A stretch of 64,000 bases of DNA from Octopus vulgaris (taxonomy: Eukaryota), in NCBI GenBank assembly GCA_951406725.2, contig OX597822.1, forward strand, positions 89,032,001 through 89,096,000, written 5' to 3'. Below are positions 26,007-38,352 of the stretch, piece after piece. The first letter of the stretch is position 1, and every line of letters starts with the position of its first letter. A program made the position numbers and the translations under genes. The notes under the pieces were generated by a model that worked only from the letters and a program-made list of their open reading frames with translations, was not told the origin of the DNA and ran no database searches.

Positions 26007-27146
26007 GTAAGTATTTAAATTTGATTTTTGAAAGACTGACCCTTTCAGTAGCAACTCACCTGAAACCACTTCTGCTTATTTCATACAAATGCTCTATTTT
26101 GGAATGTTCATGTTTAAATTAAAATCTTTCTTTATAAATTTGATTTAGATTTTTTCCTTTAGTTATAAACAGTATTTTAATAATGACATAGTTATTTTAC
26201 TAAATTCTTTTCAATTACTGATTATTTTCAAAAATAACTGAAACACACAAAGGTCTAGTAAGCATGACAACCTCTCTAGTGTTTGTGCCACAAAAAAATC
26301 TACTCTGTACAAACAGATAAATGGTTGGCATATGAACAGAGAAAATGTAGGACTGTGAGGTCCTTATAGCCCTGTGTTACTGAGGACTATTCAATCCCTC
26401 TAGTGTTGCTATAAAATAATGCCCCTTGTACACTCTTTAAAATGGTTAGAAATACCAAGCTAAAGGAGCACCAATTTATGGGATCAGTGACTCCCAGCTA
26501 CTGATTATCCAAATCATGACAATCCTGTCCAACTCATGCCAGTATCGACGAGTATGTTGGGCTTGAGTTTTTATGGCCAGATATCCTTTGTGTTGCCAAA
26601 CCCCTCTTATTTCCAAGTGGGATAATAATTTCCTAGTCTATTGAATAACAAACAGCTCAGATATGCTGTCAGTGTGGACTGCAACATTATCAGGAAACAA
26701 TTGTTTTCAAACTAGTGGAAGCAAAGGCAATATGGACTATCACAAACATACTCTCTCTTTTCTCTCTCACTCTTCTCCCTCCCCCCTCTCTCAATGGGAT
26801 TCTTTCAGTTTCCATTTACCAAACCCACTTACAAGGCTTTGGCCAGCTTTGGACTATAGTAGAAGATACTTACCCAAAGGACTGAATTTGAAGCCACTTG
26901 GATGGGAAGCAAATTTCTTATCCACACTGCCATGCTTGAAATGAAACTCAAAATTGATGTGGTAAATCTATTTTTGGTACACATGGAGAATGGAAACAAA
27001 GGAGACATATGTTTAAAATTATCACATTGCTATGATGGTTTGGGAAGTTTTTAAAAAATGTGGTTTTCAATGCGCAATACTCCAGATGCACTGAGTGAAA
27101 CTTCAATGAAGACATTTATTTAGAAATGCAATTTGTTAATTTTCAG

Positions 27147-27219
27147 TAAAGGAAGCAGTATCATATTCAATCCTGGGACCATGTATAGCTCCACGCCTTA
27201 TCCAATTGGTTTGGATCCA
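27147..27219 (+). CDS. ATP6V0A1: V-ATPase a exon, 73 nt: KGSSIIFNPGTMYSSTPYPIGLDP
   Basis: ttcag|T ... CCA|gtaagt; PYPxGxDP motif; phases 2 to 0 fit both neighbours. Confidence 0.95.
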
Positions 27220-27394
27220 GTAAGTATATCACTATAATTTCTTTATATTTTCATACTCTTTTAGGTTTATATTGCTACCAGTAACTTTTTAACACCATAC
27301 TGTAGATGTAAGTTCTTAAGGAACTAAGTCTATGATAAATTTGATTTTCAGTTGTAGCTATTTCACTTTTTTTTATGTGTGTTACTGTTATTCA

Positions 27395-27860
27395 TGGAGA
27401 AGGTGTGTGCAAGAAAAAAAAACTACACTGGTATGGTCATGTGATGCATATGGACGAGGACAGCTGTGTAAACAAGTGCCGATCTAACTGTGGAGGGAAC
27501 CTGTGGAAGAGGTAGACCTAGGAAAACACAAGATGAGGTGGTAAAGCATGATCTTCAAATGTTGAGTCTCACAGAGGTGATGACAAGTGAATGAAACCTT
27601 TTGCGATTTGCTGTACTTGAGAAGACATGTCAAACCAAATGAAATCATAGTCATGACCAGTGCTGGTGACATGTAAAAGGCACCCATGCCAGTGACACCT
27701 AAAATCTACACTCTTGGAGTGGTTGGCATTAAGAAGGGCATCCATCTGTAGAAACCAAGTCAAACCAGGCTAGAGCCTGGCTTACCAGTTCCAGTCAAAC
27801 CATCAAACCCATGCTGACATGGAAAACAGACACTAAATGATGATAATGATGATGATGGTA
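27395..27860 (+). mobile_element. 5'-truncated RTE LINE (ORF C-terminus, 3' UTR, (GAT)n tail)
   Basis: Translates LHWYGHVMHMDEDSCV..GRGRPRKT..EVVKHDL, a typical RTE C-terminus. Confidence 0.85.
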
Positions 27861-27999
27861 TAAACTCATCTGAGACAGTCCTTGATTCAAACTTCTTCTT
27901 TTAAAGTGATCTAATTTAAAACCTTCCTTCATAATCTCATGTTAATTTATGTTCCAGGTGCCAGCTTAATCATCATCATCATCAAACGTCATTTTCGTA

Positions 28000-28875
28000 C
28001 TGGCAGAATTGTTAGGACACCAGCCAAAATGCTTAGTGTCATTTCATCTGTCTATATGTCCTGAGTTTGAATTTTGCCAAGGACAGCTTTGCCTCCTATC
28101 CTTTTGGGGTCAATAAAATAATACCAGTCAAGTACTTTGTTTGATGTAATCAACTTCCCCTTCTCCTTTAAAATCTGCTGGCCCTGTGCTAAAATTTGAA
28201 ACTATTATTATTATTATTATCATTATTTTTATTATAAGGTGGTGAGCAGATGGAATGCTTAGTGGTATTTCATCTGCTGCTATGTTCTGAGTTCAAATTC
28301 TGCTACGGTCGACTTTGTCTTTCATCCTTTCAGAGTCGATAAACTAAGTACCAGTTGCATACTGGGGTTGATGGCCTCCTCCCCCAAAATTTCAGACCTT
28401 GTACCTATAGTAGAAAGGATTATTACTATTATTATTATAAGGCGGCAGGCTGGCAGCATCATTAACATGTACAAAATGTTTAGTAGCATTTTGTCTGTCT
28501 TTATGTTCTGGATTCAAATTCTGTCAAGGTCAACTTCACCTTTTATCCTTATGAGGTTGATAAAATAAGTACCAGTCATGTACTGAGGTTGATGTTATAG
28601 ACTAACCCCTTCCCCCAAAATTTCAGGCCTTGTACCTATAACAGAAAGAATTATTGTTGTCATTGGCAGCAAGCTAGCAGAATTGTCAGAGCATCTGCCA
28701 AAAGGCCTGTCAGTATTTCTTCTGATTCCTTCATTACAATCTTAGTTCAAATTCCATTGGGATCAACTTTGCTACTCACCCCTTTATGGTTGATAAAAGA
28801 AAGTATCAGTCAAGTACTGGGTCAATGACACTAATTAACCCCCTCCTTTGCACCTTTGTTAGAAAACATTACTAT
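28000..28875 (+). mobile_element. Head-to-tail array of four ~210-bp SINE-like units separated by (ATT)n
   Basis: Units at ~28000, 28237, 28439 and 28664 share gagttcaaattc..gtcgataaa..agtaccagt; also at 45680-46093 (x2) and 49550-49660. Confidence 0.8.
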
Positions 28876-28905
28876 TATATTTTTCTTTATACTGTGTTAT
28901 TTCAG

Positions 28906-29024
28906 GCTTGGCAGTTCTCTCAGAACAAAATCACTTTCACTAATTCTTTCAAGATGAAAACTTCTATTATACTTGGTGTGTCTCAAATGATGTTTGGTGT
29001 TTTCCTGAGTTTATCAAACCACAG
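28906..29024 (+). CDS. ATP6V0A1: V-ATPase a exon, 119 nt: [40 protein letters not shown]
   Basis: ttcag|GCT ... AG|gtaata; NSFKMKxSIILG motif. Confidence 0.97.
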
Positions 29025-29386
29025 GTAATATATGTAATAGCTTTTATTCTTACAAAGCATGTATTCTTATTTTCAGAATCACCCTATAGTCTGGCCCTGC
29101 CAAATCCCACCATAACAGCAATCATTTGGATTTTCTTTTTCTTTTTTATTTGTTTTGCTACTTGTTTTCATCAGTGCTACTATTTTTTAAATATTTTTTC
29201 TTGTAGTACTACTGATAATATATGTACTACTGTTAAGAAATCAGTATTTTAAAAAAAAGCAGAAATTAATATATTTTTTATTTTTATAACGTAAAATACA
29301 TATACCCATCCCAGTTTTGTATTTCACTTCTATCTTAACTCAACACAATCTGAAATCAAACTCATATGTTATTACTCTCTATAACA

Positions 29387-29518
29387 TTGTAGTAAAGAGT
29401 GTTTGCCAACAACATGGCAGTCCTGGTTTAGGACTGATGTCTCCTGGGGCTAAATTACAGCAACATTAGTTTTAAACCAGGACTGCCATGTTATGTTGGC
29501 AAACAAAGTTTACTACAA
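29387..29518. repeat. Long fold-back hairpin, ~55-bp arms (MITE-like)
   Basis: ttgtagtaaa..tgtttgccaacaacatggcagtcctggttta / taaaccaggactgccatgttatgttggcaaaca..tttactacaa. Confidence 0.85.
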
Positions 29519-29684
29519 AGTACTGTTGCTGAATATCTCACATTGTGAGGTTAAAAAACAGTAATTTTCTAATGTGAAGACATTTTTAATATTTCAATTT
29601 TTCCATGTATCATCTCTCTTTACATTGTTGTAGGGTATATTTTCTCCAACATAATGTAAAAAAATCTTTTTTGTTTTATTGCAG

Positions 29685-29836
29685 ATATTTCCAGAAACCA
29701 TTGAATGTATTCTGTGAATTCATTCCTCAAATTATATTCCTCTCTTGTTTGTTTGGTTATCTGGTCATTTTAATTTTTGTGAAGTGGGTAAATTTTGATT
29801 ACACAACTGCCGGTACAGCACCAAGTTTACTTATAG
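29685..29836 (+). CDS. ATP6V0A1: V-ATPase a exon, 152 nt: YFQKPLNVFCEFIPQIIFLSCLFGYLVILIFVKWVNFDYTTAGTAPSLLI
   Basis: tgcag|A ... G|gtaagt; FIPQ, LFGYL, KW and APSLLI motifs. Confidence 0.97.
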
Positions 29837-31013
29837 GTAAGTAGCTTTGAACACATACTAACAGTTTTTATTACTTTCTGAGGACTATAAAATAAGTGTT
29901 TTTAATCTTCATTTCATATTAGACAAAATGTTCATCACAGTATAATCATTGTTTAAAGCCTATGTTTCCATGCTGCCATGAGTTAAATGGTGTGATAGGA
30001 TCTTATGTGTCTGAAGACCAACATCTACTTTGGCATGGTCTCTACCCTTCCTAGCACCAACCACTTTACAGCATGTACTAAGGATTTTTGGAGGTTTTTT
30101 TGTGATATCATCCTTAGTGAGGTTATCTTGCAAGACAAAAATCCCTTTAAACAAACTAGGCCACAATATAGAAAGTTATGCTTTTATGCTATGGGATGAC
30201 AGGTTATAACGACAGAGCAAAATTTAGAAAAAATAGGTTTCTTGCTGTAGAGGAGCTACACAGTTATTCATATTACAGAAGAGAGGGTGGGAGTGGTCAA
30301 GCTGGAGCTAAAAAGAGTTAAATATAGTGGTGATGAGGTGTCAGGGTGGGCCCTCAAAATACAAGGTAAGTGGAAATTAATAGGAACAGAAGAACAGGAT
30401 GTGTGCATGGGTTAAGGTTGCAGGTGTGCATGGGAGAGTGTGAGATGGTTAGAGATTGGGGTTGAGTGAGAGGAGGAATATTATAAAGAACAAATGTTGA
30501 GGGATAATAAGTAGGGAAGAGAGGGTGATAACTGCAGAAATGGGGTAGGGTTGTGAAGAAGGCGATGGGTGACCAATGATGCATGAATTGGAGATGAAGT
30601 AGGGGAGAGGAGCTGACTGACAGTGTAGAAAATGCGGTGGGGAGAGAGTGAAGAGTAGCTGAATAGTAAATGATAATAATGACACAGTAGACAGAAGAAA
30701 GAGGTAGGATGAGAGAAAGGAAAAAGTAAGAGATAACATATGGTTGAGTAGGTTGTAAGACTGAGGGGAAAGACATAATGAATAGGGAGAGGAAGAAAGA
30801 AACTTTGGATTTTTTAGAATATTGCATTCTTAATGCAATTTACTTTACTCAAGTTTAAAGAAAACTTATGCATAGAAATTTTATTTCTTTTTTAGTTGCA
30901 ATAGAAGCACATAATGGACTTATTGATAGTTATAGAGATAAAGAAACATATTTCAGTATGTAATCTTCTTTGTAATATCTTGATTAATTTTATTTATTTA
31001 TTTTTTATTTTAG

Positions 31014-31084
31014 GTTTAATTAATATGTTCCTTTTTAAATATCCGGATAGTCCTTCATATGAGAAACCATTTTACTCTGGTCAG
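31014..31084 (+). CDS. ATP6V0A1: V-ATPase a exon, 71 nt: GLINMFLFKYPDSPSYEKPFYSGQ
   Basis: tttag|GT ... CAG|gtatgt; INMFL and YxGQ motifs. Confidence 0.96.
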
Positions 31085-31248
31085 GTATGTATATCATAAA
31101 TGCAAACTATTTAAAACTATTTGATTCAAGTTTAAATCCTCATCATTCATGAAGTAAAATAGCTGAGTAGATGAAGTGTTGGGCTTCCGGTTTGTGGAAG
31201 ATATGTGTGTTTTGTTGTCTATGTTTTACTGAAATATATCTCTTAACA

Positions 31249-31650
31249 GGCGCAGGTGTAGCTGTGTGGTAAGAAGCTTGCTTTCCAACCACGTGGTTCT
31301 GAGTTCAGTCCCACTGTATGGCACTTTGGACAGGTGTCTTCTGCTATAACCTTGAGCCAACTAAAGCCTTGTGAGTAGATTTGAGAGACAGAATCTGAAA
31401 GATGCCCATCTTATATATATATATGTATGTGTGTGTGTGTCTATGTCTGTGTTTGTGTTTGTCCCCCACCACTATTTGGCAACCAGTGTTAGTGTGGTTA
31501 CATCCCTGTAACTTAGTGGTTTGGCAAAAGAAATTGATCAAGTACTAGGCTTAAAAAAAAAAAGTACTGGGGTCAATTAATTTGTTTAAATATTCTTCAA
31601 GGTCATGCTCCAGCATGGCTTCAGTGTATTAACTGAAACAAATAAAAGAT
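31249..31650 (+). mobile_element. Full-length tRNA-derived SINE
   Basis: A/B-box-like head, internal TA/TG tract, 3' tail ctccagcatggc..ctgaaacaaataaaaga. Confidence 0.85.
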
Positions 31651-32052
31651 ATAGAACAGCTACTCAGTTGTATGTAACTGAGTCCTTCACCTAGCCATAG
31701 GGCATAGTCTTTAGTTTATCACAGGTAACACTTCACAACTGATTCTCATCTACTTAACAGAACGTAAAATGAATTTCAAGTGCTAGCCTTATAAACCTTT
31801 TTGTTTTGTAAAAGAATTAACTTATTTTAGCTGTTGCAGATAGGCTCGAAAGAAGATTATGAATCTAGTATTATTGGAATTGTTTCTGCCAACTCACTAG
31901 TATACATTGTTATATTAGGTGTATCTATGTGGAGAAAAGATTATTGAAAATTGAAGTGATGCAGAAAATATTATTTTTATATAAATACTCCAACACCATT
32001 TTACAAGTTTAACAGACATTGGTGAAGGAAACAAACAATTATATTAGTTTAA

Positions 32053-32987
32053 CCCTTTTGATACCAACCCACATGAGGCCACCGCTGGTTCTATGATGCA
32101 AACTTCCTGCTTTAACCCTTTAGCATTTAAACCGGCCATATCCGGCCAAAAATATTCTACCTGTTTTATGTTCAAACTAGCCGTATCTGGTCTCTCACAC
32201 CAACCCTACAATATTGTTTAAAAAATTAACAGCTACTTCATCAAAATCTCATAGCTACAAGATAATGCATGATTAATTCAAAACGATGTAGATGAAGAAG
32301 CATTAATTTTGGCAAAATAATGCGAACACTAAAGGGTTAAAGTGATCTAAATTAAAACCTTCCATCAAACATTTGTGCTAACTTTCATTCTAAACAGCTG
32401 TTTTGTAATAAAAGATTACAGTGTAACATGATTTTTGTCCTTTGGTAGCAACTATTATTCCCTATTTGCTTACCCCTAGAAAGTATGAAAAATGGCTAAT
32501 ATTTCCTTCAAACTTTGCTTTTGTTACATTTATTCAAACTCCATAGGATCCCTTTCAAGACATGGCTCTGATGCTCCCCCCACTACTCCTGCTCATGGTC
32601 AGAGATGCACATGTTGTCAACCACTAAAGGACATGCTCAAGTGGTTATGGTCAAGCAACTGACAAGCAAATCTTTGGTATTTAGCAGAATATTTGATATG
32701 ACAATATTTCTGCTTCAGCAACCCATCACTGAATCTGTCTGAAATGTAATGGAAAATAGGTCAGTTTCAAAACATTGACGTCCAGGTCGCAAAGGCAAAG
32801 TTTAAAGGGAATAGTTATTTCCTTTGATTTCCAGATAGAAGCAAATAGGAAATAACACTCACTATCCAAAGAGATGAAAAAAATTAGAATTTTGTTACAC
32901 TGTGTTATTTTACTAAATTCTTCATTATTTCAAAAATCAACTGAAGCAAGAGCAATATATTTCAACAGAAATATTGTAACAAAAGGG
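32053..32987. mobile_element. Nested TTAA-flanked piggyBac-like MITEs with a third TIR insertion
   Basis: Outer ttaa|ccctttt..aaaaggg|ttaa; inner ttaa|ccctttag..ctaaaggg|ttaa at 32116-32336; acagtgtaaca/tgttacactgt TIRs at 32418-32903. Confidence 0.8.
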
Positions 32988-33090
32988 TTAAAAAAATCTT
33001 ATTTGTATAAAATAGTTTAATTTTATATTTAATTTAATTCTTTTATATTCAACATGTTTATGTAATGTTTGCTAATTTTCTTTTACTCAG

Positions 33091-33192
33091 CCTGGTTTCC
33101 AAGGATTTTTAGTGGTGGTAGCTTTTCTTTGCGTGCCGTGGATGTTGTTGGTAAAACCTTATCTGCTTAAAAAGAAGCACATGGCACAACAG
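33091..33192 (+). CDS. ATP6V0A1: V-ATPase a exon, 102 nt: PGFQGFLVVVAFLCVPWMLLVKPYLLKKKHMAQQ
   Basis: ctcag|CCT ... CAG|gtaagc; CVPWMLLxKP motif. Confidence 0.97.
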
Positions 33193-33340
33193 GTAAGCAT
33201 TAGTTCTTTTATAATGTAAATTATTTTTCCTTTTGTATTATGTCTTATGATAGTTAAACAAAAACTTTTAAGCTTGAAAATAGAAATCAATACAAACAAG
33301 TATGTACATGTAGACATCGGTCCCATCATATATACATATG

Positions 33341-33379
<39 letters not shown>

Positions 33380-33417
33380 TCACACATATAACATACACAC
33401 ATATGTATATACATATG

Positions 33418-33929
33418 CCGTAAATCCTCGAGTATAATCAACATTTTTTCCCCCAAATTTAAAGGTCAAAATCCTTAGTGTGTACTATATACGAGGTTAA
33501 AAATGAAAATTATTTTCTAAGCAATGTCTGAGTCTCTATTTGCTGTCCGGCAATGTTTATTCAGACGCATTTTGTAATGTCGGGTGCAAAAATACCTTAA
33601 GCTAAGCCTGAAAGCAATGAAGTCATAAAAGAATCATTCATGACTTGCAGTAAGCAACATTTTTTAAACGTTATTACTGTTATTTCTTTATTTTCTGCAA
33701 ACAAAATGCACAAAAAAGCTACATGTTTGTATTATGTTATATGTACAATAATAATAAAGGACGTTTACCATATACATTTTACAAACCAAGGATGTTATAT
33801 AGACCTCCTTGACTCAATTTAGAGAAGGGGTGCATATTATACACAAGGTTTAGGTTTTTCAGAGGTACAGCTCCCTAAAAATCCCCTGCGTATTATACTC
33901 AAGGGCGGACTATACTCGAGGATTTACGG
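33418..33929. mobile_element. pogo/Tc2-like non-autonomous DNA element
   Basis: Perfect 19-bp TIRs ccgtaaatcctcgagtata / tatactcgaggatttacgg; TA on the right flank. Confidence 0.85.
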
Positions 33930-34185
33930 TATGTACACCTGTTTACATATACATGCACCTTAAAGTATAAGTGGGATGTAACTATAAGAAAATAAATTAT
34001 ATACTCCATATATATTTTTATATATCTGTATATAAACCTGTGTATATGTATGTATGTATGTAAAAATATATATATATATAGCTACATGTGTGTATAACTA
34101 TATACTTTTATCCATGTATATGCTTATGTACATATGCATGTGTTGTGTGTATATGAGTGAGTGTGAATATATATATATATGTATA

Positions 34186-34235
<50 letters not shown>

Positions 34236-34428
34236 TTTTAAAAAATTAAAAATTTAAAGGTTTAAAAATATATAAATTTAAAAAATATAAAAATTTATAA
34301 ATATAATTTAAAATTAAAATTTTATATTTTCTATATTATATTAATTATATTTATTTTTATGTTTTGGTTTATGTTTTTCACTGTTTGATTTGCCTAATAG
34401 TGGTTTTATCTCTAATTTAATTTATATA

Positions 34429-34487
<59 letters not shown>

Positions 34488-34519
34488 GCACACACGTGTA
34501 TATATATATATATGTTATA

Positions 34520-36390
34520 TGAAAATCATAATGATGATGAGCTTATTGTACACAGTGCTCATGTGCACTACAACTGGTTGGAAAAGAGTTGAAGAGGGGA
34601 TAGTAAACAGTTGTATAAATCAAGTGAAGACAGCAGTGAAGGTTAGAAATACTTGCTCAGTACACAGACTAAAACATAGAAAGGCAGAAATGTGAACTGT
34701 AAAAGAGTCATCAAGAGGAAAGGGTGCCATGTAATGTCAGGAGTAGTATTGTTAAATTTCAGGAAACATGGAATTATTTAAAGATACAGTGCCCTGACAG
34801 CTAACAATTGACATGGGTTGTTTATTCCATACTTTGACAATTCTGGGCATGAAAAAATGTTTCTGAAAATGCTGGCTGCTGCACTGTTTTTGATTCTATA
34901 AGTAACCTTAGGTATTAGAGGTATTGAATTCAACGAGGCTGCCAAAATTGTTGTCACTTGCTAGATGTTGAAACTTAAAGTGTGTCGATACCCAGAGAAG
35001 CAATATGTTAAAGATATAGTAAGTGAAAAGCAGTTGATGTATGCCTTGCGGCACATCTTTGGTAGATAAATATTCTTGGGGTATGAGAGTAGAAATGCAA
35101 ACTTTTGTGTTCATGTAGCATAGCCATATATAGCTTTAAATAGATAACTGGTGAACAGATGGCAAGGTCTTACTAACTGATGCTAAAATACCTGCAGCGT
35201 TTTTGACAATTTTTGAAATGTGGTTCATCCAGTGCAGATTATTGCTAAGAATAATGCCTATGTCACCTTCATTGGCAGACTTCTTATGGCTGATGTTGTG
35301 GAGGGAGTTGATAAATTCTGAGTTTTCACTTCCAGAATGTATAATGGTGCGTTTGTCTATAGCTAGGTGGTGTTGGCAGTTAGTAACCCATTGCTGCATT
35401 GTATCCAAGTCAGATCACAGCAAAGATCAGTAGCATATAGTATCTGTTCTTTTTATTTTGAGGTACAGATTAATGTTGTCTGCATATTTCAACACACTAA
35501 CATGTTTTGGATTGATATTTTATTAATAAGCAAAAGACAACAGAAGACCAAGAATAGATCCCCATGGGACTCCAGATGTCAATACATAGGGTGCGGAATG
35601 TTGTCCTAATACTATGGCTACTTCTTTTTAATTGAGAACGAAAGACTTCAACCAGTTATAAAGATTAGTCTTCATTGCCCACTACAGAGAGTTCCACCAT
35701 AAGTTGTTCATGTGAAACAGCATTAAAGGCTCTGGCAAAGTCAAAATAAATAACATCCATCTATTAATCATCATCTGTGATTCAAGTGATGCCTTCAAGA
35801 AATTTGATGAGTTGGCTCGAGTTAGTGGGTAAATCCAAATTTAATGATTGAATAAGGTTATGATAGTTCCAGGGTGTCTTCCTGACACAGGGCTCTAATA
35901 TGACAATACAGCAAGTGAGACTGGATGATTATTGACAGGTGATGTGCAGTTACCCTTTTTGGACTGGGGATTGATGCTGGCAATTTTTCACTGTTCTGGG
36001 GTAACAAAGAATTAGAAGACAAATTAGAGAATTGGTGCAATACAAAAGGCCATCACATTTGAGAAACAGTAACATCATCAAGACTAAAGGAAGCACAGTT
36101 GTGCATATGTTTGAGGTGTCATCACAGCATTGCAGGAATAACTTCAATAGGGGTTATGGAATTTGGTATCAGCAGAAGTGAAGATGGTACATTCAGATTT
36201 TCAACTAGAAAAATGCCAGCCATTTGTTAATAAGTTCTATGCATTCTTCAGGGTCATCAGTAATGTGACCTATGGTGGGGATTGTGGAGAGGGCTGACTG
36301 GAAGGTGAGGTTTCTCTTTCAAATACACACATTTTCAGAACATCTTATGATCAGGGTTGGCTAGTATGTATTGTTCAGATTTAAGTACTA
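34520..36390 (-). mobile_element. Decayed CR1/L2-group LINE reverse transcriptase region
   Basis: Minus-strand fragments MDVIYFDFARAFNAVSH, TSGVPWGSILG and DIGIILSNNLHW..HISKIV; many stops; boundaries approximate. Confidence 0.8.
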
Positions 36391-36705
36391 CTTCAGTTTC
36401 ATGTATTCGTACTGTGTATGTGTGCACATTATATGTATGATTATATTTTATTCTAGTTTTCTCTTACCCTCACTTTTTGTTTAAAGGCAGATTCTAAAAT
36501 TTATTGAATATCATGTGACCCTCCAATAATAATTTTTGAACATTCCAGAAAAATTTAATTTTTACTAAATAATGAAAAAACTTGATTATTAAAGTTAGTT
36601 TGATAAGTGCCATGCATGAAACTCATTCCACTTCATTACATTTATGTGTGCAATATGTTTATCTGCATGTGTGTGTGTGTGTGTGTGTGTGTATTTCTAA
36701 ATATA

Positions 36706-37545
36706 CAAGGTCTGATCAATAAGTATCTGGACTGTTGCCATAGTAACAAAGCTAATGCATGCAGAGTGAAGCCGCTTGACAAAGGTTGACTTTGAATTCT
36801 GCTGTGCACTTCTGCTGTTTACAGCAGTGCTTGGAAGGAAGGTGTGTAGTGCGTGATTGTCGCATTCACCATGAGAAAGAAAGTTGTAGGCCTATGCAAA
36901 GTTTTAGAAAGTGTATGCAGAGGAGTGTATGAGTCACACACAAGTGTACGAGTGGTTCAAACGTTTCTAAGATGACCGGAAAATGCTGATATTGACAAAC
37001 ATTCTGGGAGATCCACAACTAGTAGAACTGAGAAAACATCATAGATGTATGTGCAGCTTTGAGGGGAAATTATTGAGTCACCATCCATGAATTATCAGAG
37101 GATGTGCAGATTAGTTACAGTTCAGTTCAGTCCATTATCGCTGAAGATTTGGGTATGAGATGTGTGCCAAGTTGGTGCCAAAACTGCTTTCAGCTGACTA
37201 AAAAGATATTTGGGTTTCAGTTGAACAAGATCTTCTTGAATGTGTCGAGAATGATGAAAGCGTTTTGAAAACTTTGCGTAGACCTCTGAACAGGTATTGC
37301 CAAGCTTTTGGCATATTTGATGCCGATTCTCTGCTCAACTTCCTGTGTCATGGTCAATGCAACAATCACATGCAACACACCTTTGTTCCAAGCACTGCTG
37401 TAAACAGCAGAAGTGAGCTAGAATGTTAAAACTTAGTGCACATGCCCAGCAGCGATCAAGGTCAATCTGTGCCAAGTGGCTTCACTCTGTGTGTTTTAAC
37501 TTCATTACTGTGGCAACAGTCCATATACTTATTGATTAGACCACA
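36706..37545 (+). mobile_element. Internally deleted mariner with long (~170-bp) imperfect TIRs
   Basis: ggtctgatcaataagtatctggactgttgcca / tggcaacagtccatatacttattgattagacc; internal MSHTQVYEWFKRF and KLVPKLL remnants. Confidence 0.85.
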
Positions 37546-38148
37546 TATATGTATATATGTTCATGAATTCTTGAAAATAGCAATACTTTCTACTTTTCAG
37601 AATACATTTTATTGATATTTACTCCAGACATATTAGTTTTAAAATCTTAGCTTTGTTTCGTATTATGTTTTCTCTTTTTTGTTTTCTTTTGAATTCATTG
37701 AAAATTTACATTATTTACATTTGACGGCTATTTGTACTCATCTTGTTTGTTGTTAACACACTGTCAAATGTAAATAATGTACATAATTCTTCATCTCTCA
37801 AATACAGAACTGTATCATTGAAAATTGATACTGATTTTGTAGTTCTTTATTGTTTTGATTTTATGTTCCAGAAATTTCCTCCTACGAATTACCTCTAAAT
37901 TTATGGAAAGTTATTTGTAAAATTCTTAAATAAGTATTAAAATTGCAGTTCCTATACGTGAAGAAAACAGAAGCAAACCATATGATTTCTTATTTGTAGG
38001 TAGCTATGCAAAATTCATTTTGCATATCAACAAAATTACTCACTCTCAATATGAAAACTAGCAGCTTTAGTTGCTAATGCTGTGCCTGGCGAATCTATTT
38101 TAATATCTTTTTTTGCTTTAATTAACAATGTTTCTTGCCCTCTTGCAG

Positions 38149-38352
38149 CAGACCCCTCAAAGTAGCAATAGACTACTGCAGCAAAATGGTAGCCCCCACC
38201 ATCCTGACAACTCTTCCACAGGGATGATGCAGTCACCACCACCTCCGCCACACCTTCAACAACAGCAGCAGCTGCAGGAGGAGGAGCAAGCGGAGGTTAT
38301 ACACTTTGATGTAACTCAGTCCCAGTCTTTTGGTGATGAAAGTGAAATGAAG
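38149..38352 (+). CDS. ATP6V0A1: Candidate cassette exon A of the cytosolic loop, 204 nt, phase 0-0, Q/P/E-rich: QTPQSSNRLLQQNGSPHHPDNSSTGMMQSPPPPPHLQQQQQLQEEEQAEVIHFDVTQSQSFGDESEMK
   Basis: Pyrimidine tract plus cag|CAG tandem acceptor; open frame in a GC-richer island; AAG|gtgtct donor is weak; length divisible by 3. Confidence 0.65.

Noticed and set aside
30354-30827. 157-aa minus-strand ORF and similar purine-rich tracts at 7830-8340 and 16040-16370
   Set aside because: Composition-driven ORFs with no recognisable motif; probably old repeat-derived sequence
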